Translations under genes and position numbers: made by a program
The notes under the pieces: generated by a model
What the model saw: the letters and a program-made list of their open reading frames with translations, nothing else
Databases searched by the model: none
What the model was told of the DNA's origin: nothing
Shown here: positions 1-9,438 of the stretch, piece by piece
Layout: the number at the start of each line of letters is the position of its first letter
Numbering within the stretch: position 1 is the stretch's first letter
Source: Candidatus Pacearchaeota archaeon
GTDB taxonomy: Archaea; Nanobdellota; Nanobdellia; Pacearchaeales; GW2011-AR1
Direction: 5' to 3'
Assembly: GCA_018303995.1 (NCBI GenBank)
Contig: JAGVXB010000002.1
Location: 5,916 to 69,915, forward strand
DNA length: 64,000 nucleotides

Positions 1-84
1 AGTTAGAGGTGCAGTTTTAGGCGAGAGAGCTTTATCTAATTGGGAAGGGAAAAAGTAGTGTTGCGATAAAGATATAAAGAAGCT

Positions 85-474
85 TTGCATGGTTATTTGG
101 TGTCTGCCGTGCCTTCGAAACAATTTGAATCGGAAGAAGATATAGCTAGAAATTATGTTGACGGAGTGCCTAGTCGCTGTGGCGGGTCTTTTGTTTTTCT
201 TGATTATAATGGAAGGATTTATCCAGGTGTTGCTAAATTATTAGAGATTAAAGATAGGCCTGATTTGTCAATTGTAAGATTAGATAAAATTTATCCTCCT
301 GCAAGTGATTATATTGTTGAACTTGTTCTTAGAAAAAGGCCTGGTGTTGTAAAACTTGGGGTTGATGGGGCTATAGGGCAAGAGAGAAGATTTTATGCAA
401 AACTTAAATACAATAAACTGGAAAAATTAACGCGTGAAGAAAATGATATTGCTTGGTCAACTGATGCCATTTGA
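85..474 (+). CDS. hypothetical protein (129 aa)
   Basis: Intact ORF; the first codon in the track is TTG. I recognise no motif. Confidence 0.35.
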   Translation: MHGYLVSAVPSKQFESEEDIARNYVDGVPSRCGGSFVFLDYNGRIYPGVAKLLEIKDRPDLSIVRLDKIYPPASDYIVELVLRKRPGVVKLGVDGAIGQERRFYAKLKYNKLEKLTREENDIAWSTDAI

Positions 475-556
475 ATGGACTTTACATTTATTACTTGGTT
501 TTATTTGATTTAATAATCTCTTACTATAGTAATTTTATAGACTTAAGTAACAACAT

Positions 557-2254
557 TTGAAGATAATAATACTTTTATACTGTTATTTTCCAGTGTTAGT
601 AATGAAAAGCGTGAGTATCATCTCAAAAAATGAATTTAAAGTACTAATTTTAATGCCTAGATTCCAACTTACTACAAAAATAACATATAATTATATGATT
701 CCTTTAGGATTGTTATATATTTCTTCTACAATTAAAAGAGAAGGATATGTTGTTAATTCTGTAAATCTAAACCATATGGATGGTACTATTTCTGAAATAA
801 TGAAAAAAGAACTGGACAAAGAAAAATATGACGTTGTGTGTACCAGTCTTATTGGAGGCCCAAGTTATCCTATAGTGGAAAAAATAGTAGAATCTACAAA
901 AGAGCATATAACAAAGCCTAAAATAATTATTGGAGGAGCTTTAATTACTAGTGAGCCGGAGCTGATGTTTAGTTCGTTAGGAATTGATTTTGGAGTTTTA
1001 GGAGAAGGAGAGATAACAATAGTGGAATTATTAGAGGCTATTAGAAAGGGTGTGAAAGAACCAAAAAAAATTAAAGGAATTATATATAAAGATAATAATG
1101 AAAAAATAATAAAAACTGAGAAAAGAGAACCAATAAAAGATTTAACTTCTATTTCTTATCCAGATTTTGAAGGTTTTGAATTCAGTGAATATTTAAAGCA
1201 TTTGTCTAGTAATCAACAGACTTATAATCAATCTTATGATTATCCTCTCCCATATCCTTTGTTAGCTAGTCGTTCTTGTCCATTTCAATGTACGTTTTGT
1301 TATCATAGCATTGGATATGCTTATAGGGAAAGGCCAATATCTGATGTAATAAATGAGATAAAAAAAGCGATAAAAGACTATAAAATGAACATTATTGCAA
1401 TTTACGATGATATGTTTTCTTACAAAAAAGAAAGATTATATGAGTTTTGTAATGAGATAATTAAAATAAACAAAGAAATTCCTTGGAAGTTGAAATGGTC
1501 TTGTCAGTTGTCAGTAGCTAATCTTGATAGAGATTTATTGAAGAAAATGAAAGAGTCTGGATGCGAATTAATTAGTTACGGTTTTGAGAGTTATAGTCAA
1601 AAAGTGTTGGATAGCATGAGAAAGCCGATAACTCCTGAAAAGATAGATTTTGCAATTAAGGCAACTTTGGCAGAGAAGATAGGAATTTTGGGCAACTTTA
1701 TTTTTGGTGATGTGGCAGAAACAAAAGAAACTGCCAAACAAACATTAGATTATTGGAAGAAAAATTGTCGTGGCCAAGTGGCTTTGGGATTTATTCAACC
1801 CTTTCCTGGAAGTGCCATTTATCATCATTGCTTAAAAAAAGGGATAATCAAAGATAAACTCAAGTTTATTAAAGAAATAATATATGGAAAAAAAGTCTTT
1901 AATATGACTGATGAAATGACTAATGAGGAAATTTCAGATCTATTTAAGGAAGTAAGACGTTTAAGAAATAAATATATGAGACATTCAGTTCCAATGTCAG
2001 TAGAAAAAGAGAGGGAAGAGAGGTATAAAATTAAACTAAAATGCCCATATTGTTGTGAATTATTGGTCTATAAGAACTTTTATCTTCAGAAAAGATTACT
2101 TTATAGAAGTCATATAACTTGTAGGAAATGTCATATGCGTTTTTATGTCTTGAGTCCTTTAATTGGCTTGTCTGGGATGTTTCCTCTTTTAAGCTTATTT
2201 GCAGAAATGGTCATTAGAAAAATAAGAAGTGATATAAAAGTTACTCAAATATAA
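557..2254 (+). CDS. B12-binding-domain radical SAM enzyme (class B type)
   Basis: CPFQCTFCYH (CxxxCxxC) cluster motif sits after a Rossmann-like N-domain (KVLILMPRF, IIIGGALIT). The C-terminus has a CPYC...CRKC zinc-ribbon-like tail. The more likely start is ATG 602. Confidence 0.8.
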   Translation: MKIIILLYCYFPVLVMKSVSIISKNEFKVLILMPRFQLTTKITYNYMIPLGLLYISSTIKREGYVVNSVNLNHMDGTISEIMKKELDKEKYDVVCTSLIGGPSYPIVEKIVESTKEHITKPKIIIGGALITSEPELMFSSLGIDFGVLGEGEITIVELLEAIRKGVKEPKKIKGIIYKDNNEKIIKTEKREPIKDLTSISYPDFEGFEFSEYLKHLSSNQQTYNQSYDYPLPYPLLASRSCPFQCTFCYHSIGYAYRERPISDVINEIKKAIKDYKMNIIAIYDDMFSYKKERLYEFCNEIIKINKEIPWKLKWSCQLSVANLDRDLLKKMKESGCELISYGFESYSQKVLDSMRKPITPEKIDFAIKATLAEKIGILGNFIFGDVAETKETAKQTLDYWKKNCRGQVALGFIQPFPGSAIYHHCLKKGIIKDKLKFIKEIIYGKKVFNMTDEMTNEEISDLFKEVRRLRNKYMRHSVPMSVEKEREERYKIKLKCPYCCELLVYKNFYLQKRLLYRSHITCRKCHMRFYVLSPLIGLSGMFPLLSLFAEMVIRKIRSDIKVTQI

Positions 2255-2255
2255 A

Positions 2256-2432
2256 TTAAGTTAAGATAATTGCTTGTGAAGGGCAGATATCTATGGCCTC
2301 TTTTAATGAATTGTTATCTGTTTTTTGTTTTAAAACTTTTGCTTTCTGATTTTCAATAGCAAATATTTCAGGACAGATTGTGTTGCATAATCCGCAACCA
2401 GTACATTTGTCTTTATCAATTTTCAATTTCAT
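2256..2432 (-). CDS. small single-cluster 4Fe-4S ferredoxin (58 aa), absent from the ORF track
   Basis: Hand translation of the minus strand gives MKLKIDKDKCTGCGLCNTICPEIF...AIDICPSQAIILT. This has CxxCxxC...CP spacing. It is convergent with the rSAM gene, with stops 1 nt apart. Confidence 0.65.
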   Translation of the reverse strand: MKLKIDKDKCTGCGLCNTICPEIFAIENQKAKVLKQKTDNNSLKEAIDICPSQAIILT

Positions 2433-2619
2433 TAGATGTGAAATCGACTATTATTTTTAAATGCTTCTAAATTTATGAGTGGGGATGTTTTGTTAGTATT
2501 GGTTAGGATTTTAGTATATCTTTTCTTTTCAATTTTGACTTTTCTGTTCTTTCTATATTACTCATTACTATTTTTTATAGTGCATTAGACTTTAAAACCC
2601 TATAAACAATCACTATTAT

Positions 2620-3582
2620 ATGGCTAAACCTGAAATGAAACCTGCATTTGAAGTGCGAATGAAAGCTCTCTTGTCGAATAAGGAAGATTTTGATAAATAT
2701 AATTCTATTATTCATACTAAACCTTTGAATTATATTAGATGTAATACTCTTAAGATCTCTTGTGAGGAGCTTTTTGTTCGTTTGAAGAAGAGGTGGAATG
2801 TTATTCAGCCTTTTTCTACACGCCCTGAAATAATGCTTGTTGATTCTGAACTTGGTCCTGGAGATTTGGGAAATGCTATTGAACATTTGCTTGGGTATTA
2901 TTATATTCAAGAAGTTTGTAGTATGATGAGTGTTATTGCTCTCGATCCTAGGCCAGGTGAAAGAGTATTTGATGTTTGCGCATCTCCTGGGAGTAAGACT
3001 ACTCAGATTGCTTCTTCTATGCAGAATAGTGGGACAATTATTGCGAATGATGTTAAGCTTGATAGGCTTAGGATTTTGGCTGCTAATCTTGAACGTTGTG
3101 GTGTTATGAATGCTGTTTGTGTTAGAAATGATGGTGTTGGATTATGTCAACGTTTGACGGAGAAGAAATTTAAGTTTGATAAAATATTATTAGATGCTCC
3201 TTGTTCTGGGGAGGGAACTTTGCGTAGCTCGGCTAAGACATTTTTGATGTGGAATGAGAAAGTAGTCTATAAGTTATCTCGTGAGCAGAAGAAGTTGATT
3301 GCTAATGCGCTTGGATGTTTGAAAAAAGATGGGGTGTTAGTTTATTCTACTTGTACTCATTCTCCAGAAGAGAATGAGGCAGTTGTTGATTTTGCTTTGA
3401 AGAATTTTCCTGTTTCACTTGAAAAGTTAGATTTGCCTTTAAAATCTAGACCTGGTGTTACTTCTTGGGATGGTGAAGCGTTTAGTTCTGAAATGATTAA
3501 GTGTGCTAGAATTTACCCCCAAGATAATGATAGTGAAGGTTTTTTTGTTGCTAAGCTTAGATTGCTTGAGGAGATAAAATGA
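2620..3582 (+). CDS. NOL1/NOP2/Sun-family RNA cytosine-C5 methyltransferase
   Basis: SAM motif DVCASPGSKT plus the catalytic motifs DAPCSGEGT and YSTCT. Confidence 0.85.
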   Translation: MAKPEMKPAFEVRMKALLSNKEDFDKYNSIIHTKPLNYIRCNTLKISCEELFVRLKKRWNVIQPFSTRPEIMLVDSELGPGDLGNAIEHLLGYYYIQEVCSMMSVIALDPRPGERVFDVCASPGSKTTQIASSMQNSGTIIANDVKLDRLRILAANLERCGVMNAVCVRNDGVGLCQRLTEKKFKFDKILLDAPCSGEGTLRSSAKTFLMWNEKVVYKLSREQKKLIANALGCLKKDGVLVYSTCTHSPEENEAVVDFALKNFPVSLEKLDLPLKSRPGVTSWDGEAFSSEMIKCARIYPQDNDSEGFFVAKLRLLEEIK

Positions 3583-4175
3583 AATTAATAATTGTAAGAC
3601 ATGGTGAGACTGTTGAGAATAAAGAGGGTATAATGCAAGGTCAGACTCATGGAAAATTAAGCGATATGGGATTAAGGCAAGTTGAAAAATTGGCTGAATA
3701 TTTGAAGAATGAAAAAATTGATTTGATTTACAGTTCTGATCTTGGAAGGTGTAAGGAATCTCTTGCTCCTTTGTTACAATTTATAAATCAAAAAGTTATT
3801 TATACTGAATTACTTCGAGAGAGAACTAAAGGTATTTTTGATGGAAAGGATTCTAAGCAATATCATAATTGGATGTTGGAAAATCCTAGAAAAATTCCTT
3901 CTGGTGGAGAAAATGCTCAAGAGGTAGATGCTCGCGTGGATAAATTTTTGAAAGAAAATATTGGAAAATGGAAAAATAAAACTGTTTTAATAATGGCGCA
4001 TGGTGGTACAAAAATAAGTTTATTAAAAATTCTTTTAGGCACTCAGCATGAGCATGTTAATGCTGTTGAGAAAGTGAGCCCAAATGCGGCTGTAACAATT
4101 ATTGAGGCTGATAAAGAGAATAAATTTTTTATTACTAAATTACATCATATTAAACATTTGGAGGAAGTGAAATGA
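3579..4175 (+). CDS. histidine phosphatase (phosphoglycerate mutase-like) family protein
   Basis: N-terminal RHGET motif and a later AHGGT. There is a 4-nt overlap with the upstream gene. Confidence 0.75.
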   Translation: MKLIIVRHGETVENKEGIMQGQTHGKLSDMGLRQVEKLAEYLKNEKIDLIYSSDLGRCKESLAPLLQFINQKVIYTELLRERTKGIFDGKDSKQYHNWMLENPRKIPSGGENAQEVDARVDKFLKENIGKWKNKTVLIMAHGGTKISLLKILLGTQHEHVNAVEKVSPNAAVTIIEADKENKFFITKLHHIKHLEEVK

Positions 4176-5104
4176 AACCAAAATTTATTGAGAAGAGAGT
4201 TTTATGTGAAGTTAAAAAGACATTTCCAGATGCACAAATTATGAGTTATGTGTTGTTAAAAGGAGGGCTTGTTAGTCCAGTATATAAGGTTAAAATAAAA
4301 AATCCATCTATTTATTTAGCTGTTAAAATCTATAAATCAAAAAATCAAAAAATGATTCAGACAAATAATAATGTTTTAAGTTTCTTGTATGAAAAGGACT
4401 TTCCAGTTCCTAAAATATATTCTAACAATCTATTTGTTAAACAAGGAATAGTTGTAATGGAATTTATTAATGGGAAGAATGCTTTGGATGTTTATAATAA
4501 ATTTTCTTTAAAAGTTAAGGCTAAGATTTTGTTAAATATAGGTAAATTATTGAAGAGATTACATAGTTTATCTATTCCAGACTTTTGGGTCCATCATAAA
4601 CATGAAGTTCGAGATATTAAAGATTGGTTGAAATGGAATAAACTTCGTGTTAGAAAATATCTTGAATTTGCTAAGGAAAATATGAATAATAAATATTATT
4701 TATTTTTAAAAAATGAATTTAGTATATTTCTTAAGACATTAGATAAAAATATAGACTTTGTTCCAATGCATTGGGACTATCATTTATCTAATATTTTAGT
4801 ATCGTCTGAGGGAAATATTTTAGGCCTTTTCGATTTTGACAATGCGATGAAAGGGCATAATCTAGCAGATATTGGGCAAGCTAAATATTGGCTTATATTT
4901 AGGTCTAAAGATTATGAGAACTTCAAATATTTTTTAAAAGGATATGGTTTAAAGATGAATAGTAAAAATGATGTTCTTATTAGGGGCTACTTTATTTTGC
5001 ATCTTATGGCTGTTACAAGGTCAATCTGGAAAAAGAGAAGACTTAATTGGATTATTAAAGAGCATTGTAAAATATTAGATAAATTAATTGGAGATGTTAA
5101 ATGA
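4172..5104 (+). CDS. aminoglycoside/choline-kinase-like phosphotransferase (APH fold)
   Basis: HWDYHLSNILV (HxDxxxxN) and FDFDNA (DxD) kinase motifs, with a lysine-rich N-lobe. Confidence 0.7.
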   Translation: MKPKFIEKRVLCEVKKTFPDAQIMSYVLLKGGLVSPVYKVKIKNPSIYLAVKIYKSKNQKMIQTNNNVLSFLYEKDFPVPKIYSNNLFVKQGIVVMEFINGKNALDVYNKFSLKVKAKILLNIGKLLKRLHSLSIPDFWVHHKHEVRDIKDWLKWNKLRVRKYLEFAKENMNNKYYLFLKNEFSIFLKTLDKNIDFVPMHWDYHLSNILVSSEGNILGLFDFDNAMKGHNLADIGQAKYWLIFRSKDYENFKYFLKGYGLKMNSKNDVLIRGYFILHLMAVTRSIWKKRRLNWIIKEHCKILDKLIGDVK

Positions 5105-5529
5105 TTCGCGCATTGGTTTGGTTGTTTGGAATTCAGTCTGCTGTTGCTTGTGTCGTTATTAAAGATGGCAAGATATTATTGACTAAAAGATCTCCTTTAT
5201 TAATTGAGGGTGGAAAATGGTGTTTGCCTGGAGGAGGAATTAAAAGATGGGAGAAAAATATAGATGCTGCTAAAAGAGAATTGTTTGAGGAAACTGGGCT
5301 GAAATCTAGAAGTGCAGAATTTTTGTTTGTACATGAGGAAATGCTTAGAAGATTGAAATTACATGCTGAGGTTTTTGTTTTTAATATTGAAACTATTGGT
5401 GAACTAAAGAGAAACTGGGAAGTTTCTGAATCTAAATGGTTTTCTAGAAAGGAGATTTCTAAAATGAATTTAGCTTTCACACATAAAGATATAGTTAATA
5501 AATATTTTAAATTGAAGGGTGTTAGATGA
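5101..5529 (+). CDS. NUDIX hydrolase
   Basis: Nudix box GGGIKRWEKNIDAAKRELFEETGL. Confidence 0.85.
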   Translation: MIRALVWLFGIQSAVACVVIKDGKILLTKRSPLLIEGGKWCLPGGGIKRWEKNIDAAKRELFEETGLKSRSAEFLFVHEEMLRRLKLHAEVFVFNIETIGELKRNWEVSESKWFSRKEISKMNLAFTHKDIVNKYFKLKGVR

Positions 5530-5981
5530 AAGTTGAATTTTATAATGCTAAAAAAAAGAAAGAGCTGCTTGAACGGTTGAATAAGCAGTTTGGAGTTAGT
5601 TCTGTGCCTAAGATATTGTTTGAAACAGGCAAGGAAAGAATACGTGGATTTAGTGGGGATTTGACTATTGATGAGATTTATGCACTTGCAGATATTTCTA
5701 ATGTTGAATTTATAGGACTTTATTTGTTTAAACAAGATATGGAGTTCATTAGATTTGGGTTTGACGGGGCTTTGTTTTTCAAAGAGCAGTTTTCAAAGAA
5801 TGTTGTTAATCTTACAGATGAACAAGTTGATGGATGGATGAATGGGCATAATTTGAATGTTGTTTTGGAGAAAGGAATGTATGTTGTTAAACATGATAAT
5901 GATATTTTTGGATGTGGGTTTTCTGATGGCAAGGGATTGATTAATTTTGTTCCAAAAGAGAGACGAATTAGACGGAATTAA
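5526..5981 (+). CDS. NIP7-like / PUA-domain protein (tentative)
   Basis: Size and C-terminal pattern (GMYVVKHDNDIFGCGFSDGKGLINFVPKERR) resemble archaeal Nip7/PUA proteins. It is operonic with the NOP2/Sun gene. Confidence 0.4.
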   Translation: MKVEFYNAKKKKELLERLNKQFGVSSVPKILFETGKERIRGFSGDLTIDEIYALADISNVEFIGLYLFKQDMEFIRFGFDGALFFKEQFSKNVVNLTDEQVDGWMNGHNLNVVLEKGMYVVKHDNDIFGCGFSDGKGLINFVPKERRIRRN

Positions 5982-6011
5982 AAAGTTTAAATATATACTA
6001 ATAGTTGTGTT

Positions 6012-7430
6012 TTGATGAGTGCTAAGAAGAAAAAGAATTTATTTAGTAGGGCTTATGATTTTACGGTGTCTAAAGTTGATTCTGCTGTTGAAGGCACTAG
6101 GGGATATTTTGGAAGAAGAAGTGAGGCTAAGAAAAAGAAAAGAGAAGAACAAGATGCTGTTGACGAGGAAGTAGAGAGAGAAGTACAGAGTAAACTTCCT
6201 GAAGCCAGAGAGGCGATGGAATATGCGATTAAGAAGCAGAAAGGAAATGCAAGAAAGAATTGGGTTAAGAGGAGATTTTTGCCAGGTGTTGTTGCAACGG
6301 CAGTTGCTTTTGGTGCATATGAGAAGTATGCTCATGAGCCTGTAAAGAATACTGCTGAAATAGTTTTGTATGCTGCAGATGCTTCTCAGAGACTTGGAAG
6401 AGCGGCTCAAAGATTAGGGGAGGAAATAATTGGCCGAGGTACTGAAGGTGCGCGGTTTGAAAAGGCGCAAAGAGAATTTGAAGTTGCAGATAATGAATAT
6501 TTTACAGGCATAAGAGAATTAATGGACACGTATAAGCAGAATTTGAGTAATAGGAAATATATAGTTGATGAAATGAAAAATGCTGCTGAAGGTTTTGGGA
6601 AAGTTTCAAGAAAGGCTCCAGGTTATGAAGGTTTTAGAGAGACTGGTATTCCTAGTATGAGGGAGAAACTCAATAAATGGATGTCTGAATTTATAGGGGG
6701 ACAGTCTAAAGGAGATGTCGAAAATAGGATGTCTAAAGAATATGCAGACAATTATAATGAACTTTTGAAAATGTTGAATGAAGCAGATAGAGCAAAGCAG
6801 ATAGGAAATAAAGATATTCAAGAGATTGCCGATAGATTGGCTAGGGCATCAAAAGGGCTTGAGAAGTTAAATAAAGATGATGAGAAATATTTGGCTGAAA
6901 AAATGAATGAGGTAAATACTCTTTATAACATTGGTCAAAGAATGAGGGAATTGGAAACAGGACAAATTAGAACGCGAGATGTTGCATATAGGGAGTTGAC
7001 TGAACTTGGGAGAAAGTACGGGCTTGATGCTGAAAGACCTGAAAATTATGCAAATATTATTGCTTATGTTGCGGGATTGATATTTGCTGGATTAGCAGGG
7101 GGATTGGGGAGTGCGTTAGGAAATAAATTTTTACCTAGAAGGGATATTGATTTAGGGAAAGTGTCTAGGCAGTATTTAGAGCACAAAGTTGGAAAAGAAA
7201 TTAAAGGTAAAAAATCTGGTGCTGGCGATTTGGAGGATAAAGTGATTACTGGTTTAATTATATTGTCGCCTATATTTTTGATGCCATTTTTCTTTAAAGT
7301 GACTGGATTTGCTATTGCTGAAAATTTTTTTATTAAATCAAGTCTTTTAGCTAATTCTTTTTTGTTTGTGTGGCTTTTTTTACTCTTTTTTGTAGTATCT
7401 AGAAAGATTTATAAGAATAGGAAAGTTTAG
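6012..7430 (+). CDS. hypothetical charged/coiled-coil protein with C-terminal transmembrane segments
   Basis: Long ORF with lysine/glutamate-rich helical text and hydrophobic stretches near the C-terminus (ILSPIFLMPFFF, FLFVWLFLLFFVV). Confidence 0.5.
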   Translation: MMSAKKKKNLFSRAYDFTVSKVDSAVEGTRGYFGRRSEAKKKKREEQDAVDEEVEREVQSKLPEAREAMEYAIKKQKGNARKNWVKRRFLPGVVATAVAFGAYEKYAHEPVKNTAEIVLYAADASQRLGRAAQRLGEEIIGRGTEGARFEKAQREFEVADNEYFTGIRELMDTYKQNLSNRKYIVDEMKNAAEGFGKVSRKAPGYEGFRETGIPSMREKLNKWMSEFIGGQSKGDVENRMSKEYADNYNELLKMLNEADRAKQIGNKDIQEIADRLARASKGLEKLNKDDEKYLAEKMNEVNTLYNIGQRMRELETGQIRTRDVAYRELTELGRKYGLDAERPENYANIIAYVAGLIFAGLAGGLGSALGNKFLPRRDIDLGKVSRQYLEHKVGKEIKGKKSGAGDLEDKVITGLIILSPIFLMPFFFKVTGFAIAENFFIKSSLLANSFLFVWLFLLFFVVSRKIYKNRKV

Positions 7431-7436
7431 TGCCTT

Positions 7437-7814
7437 ATGGGAAAGATTAATATAATGAAGGCAGAAGTTTGTTCTGGAGATAAGTGTGTTAAAGACGTTG
7501 CTAAAGAAATGAGTTCTAAGAAAATAAGAAGATTTTATATTGTTAATGGTAAAAAAGAATTGGAAGGTGTTTTTACAACTGTTGATTTGATTAAAGTTAT
7601 TGTTGGTGATAAAGATGCTTCAAAAGTTAAAGTCAAAGATATTATGACTAAGAATGTTAAGTATATTGATTTGGAAAGTAGTATAGAGGATGCTTTGAAA
7701 ATAATGAATGACCTTAGGACTTTTGTATGTCCTGTTGTAGATAATGGTAAGTTTATAGGAATTGTAGGTTATCAAGATATTATACGAGGAGTCGTAGACG
7801 AATCTAGGAAGTAA
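7437..7814 (+). CDS. CBS-domain pair protein
   Basis: 125 aa with two CBS-like halves (FYIVNGKKELEGVFTTVDLI and VCPVVDNGKFIGIVGYQDII). Confidence 0.7.
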   Translation: MGKINIMKAEVCSGDKCVKDVAKEMSSKKIRRFYIVNGKKELEGVFTTVDLIKVIVGDKDASKVKVKDIMTKNVKYIDLESSIEDALKIMNDLRTFVCPVVDNGKFIGIVGYQDIIRGVVDESRK

Positions 7815-7815
7815 A

Positions 7816-8496
7816 ATGGCTAATCTTGAAGATAGACTTGATTCTGACAAAGAGTCTTTATTGAATAAGGCTGTAAGAAAGACTAGGGAGTATTTGGGAA
7901 GTGGGCCTACTAGAGATGATATGATTATTAGTTTAAAGAGAGATTTGAAAAATTATTTTGAAAACGTAAGCGATGTTGAAAGAGCAAGAAGATATAGCAA
8001 GCTTGAGTCTTATGTTGATGGTGCAATAGCAAAATATGAAGATAATCTGAAAGGGATTGGTAGAAAATTTGTTGGTAGGGGTTCAATGGTAACTGCTTTT
8101 GCAAATGATATTTATTCTTTGTTTTCTAAGGCGCCGTTTATGAATTTTTCTGCTGCAAGTTATGTTTTGTTTGGAGCTAAAACTTTGGCAGAAGTACCTG
8201 CCGTTTACAAGTATATGAAGAAATCGCATGATTGGTATGGACTTCTTAAATTTGCAATAATGAAACCTATAAATTATATTCTTCCAATAATTGGGCCTGC
8301 AATTGAGTCTGGTTCTTTTGAGAGAATGGTTAAAAATAGGGCTAGATACGAGGCTAAAGATAGATTCTTAGAAATGGTTGGAGCTGAAACTAACAAGGAG
8401 AAGATGAAGCGAGTTGTTAAGAAGCCTTTAAGGGAAATGATTGGTTCATTGGAACCGCAAAGATTGCCTGATGGACAACCAGCTTATGCTTTTTGA
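7816..8496 (+). CDS. hypothetical protein (226 aa)
   Basis: Intact ORF starting 2 nt after the CBS gene. No recognised motif. Confidence 0.45.
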   Translation: MANLEDRLDSDKESLLNKAVRKTREYLGSGPTRDDMIISLKRDLKNYFENVSDVERARRYSKLESYVDGAIAKYEDNLKGIGRKFVGRGSMVTAFANDIYSLFSKAPFMNFSAASYVLFGAKTLAEVPAVYKYMKKSHDWYGLLKFAIMKPINYILPIIGPAIESGSFERMVKNRARYEAKDRFLEMVGAETNKEKMKRVVKKPLREMIGSLEPQRLPDGQPAYAF

Positions 8497-8597
8497 TTTT
8501 TGTTAGATTGGCTTATAGTGAAAGACATAAGATAATCAACGACAAATTAGTGAAATGCTAAATTCGTTGGTTATAAATACTCAAATTTTTAGGTTTT

Positions 8598-8927
8598 GTG
8601 ATGTCTGAAGAGTTACCTACAAAAAAATATAGTATTGCTTTTAAGTTGCGTAGCAGAGTAAATCGCGTACAACAATTAGAAATGATTGGTAGTTATCTAA
8701 GATCTGGGGCTAATTTAATTTCATCTAATAAAAATGATAATGGTCTTAGTGCTACAAGTGAAGAAAGATATGAGCTTGTCGGAGGAGCAGTAATCACTAT
8801 CTGCCGTGAATATTGTAAAGGAGAAAATAAATTTTATTCAGTAAGAGGGGAATTTGTTCAGGGCGATGCTTTGGCAAGAAAAGGACTTGAGGCTATTGCT
8901 GGAGAATTAGGATTGGTTAGGGCTTGA
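8598..8927 (+). CDS. hypothetical 109-aa protein, paralogue 1
   Basis: Shares length and the pattern Y.(L/M)VGGAV...F(Y)...ARxGLExxAxxLG with the next ORF. Confidence 0.5.
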   Translation: MMSEELPTKKYSIAFKLRSRVNRVQQLEMIGSYLRSGANLISSNKNDNGLSATSEERYELVGGAVITICREYCKGENKFYSVRGEFVQGDALARKGLEAIAGELGLVRA

Positions 8928-8990
8928 AGTTTATTAGCCAAGAAGCATTTGTATGATCTATATTGTAATTATATTTAAATAAGGAATTAA

Positions 8991-9320
8991 TTGAAACTGA
9001 TTATGGGTGCTGGAGGAGTTGGAGATGGAGGAACATGGACTTGTAAGAGGGTTGTTGAATTAAAAGGTGGTTTAGACTTGATTGATCCAATAATAAATTA
9101 TTTACTTAGTAATTGTATAGTTCTTTCAGAAGAGAGAATTATTGGTACAAAATCATCTAATAGATATATGGTTCAAGGGGGAGCCGTTTTACGTATGGAC
9201 TATGATGGAGGTGCTTATAGTTTTTATGGAGAACATTTTATTGATGATGAAAGAGCAAGAAATGGACTTGAAAAATTTGCAAAAGATTTGGGATTTGAAA
9301 CTAGAGAAGTTGGTAGTTAA
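8991..9320 (+). CDS. hypothetical 109-aa protein, paralogue 2
   Basis: Tandem paralogue of 8598-8927 (YMVQGGAV..., ARNGLEKFAKDLGF). Confidence 0.5.
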   Translation: MKLIMGAGGVGDGGTWTCKRVVELKGGLDLIDPIINYLLSNCIVLSEERIIGTKSSNRYMVQGGAVLRMDYDGGAYSFYGEHFIDDERARNGLEKFAKDLGFETREVGS

Positions 9321-9438
9321 TTCTATAGTCCAATAACAAAATATTTGAACGCTTTTTGTTCTTGTTCTATCTATTCAAGACCTATAATTGTTCAATTTTC
9401 AAAGTCATTGAATATATAAAGCATGCTTTTTATTCTGA

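Noticed and set aside
5133-5735. A 200-aa minus-strand ORF, plus similar antisense ORFs (2575-2910, 5720-5932, 6039-6410, 6606-6821, 7620-7850).
   Set aside because: All lie antisense to motif-supported or operon-embedded plus-strand genes. Their composition is the skewed, AT-driven F/I/L/S/K-rich kind.
9142-9336. A 64-aa plus-strand ORF overlapping the second 109-aa paralogue in another frame. Similar nested same-strand ORFs occur at 30909-31115, 32016-32225, 53303-53554 and 23784-23969.
   Set aside because: They are fully nested in longer ORFs that have paralogue or motif support. No independent evidence supports them.
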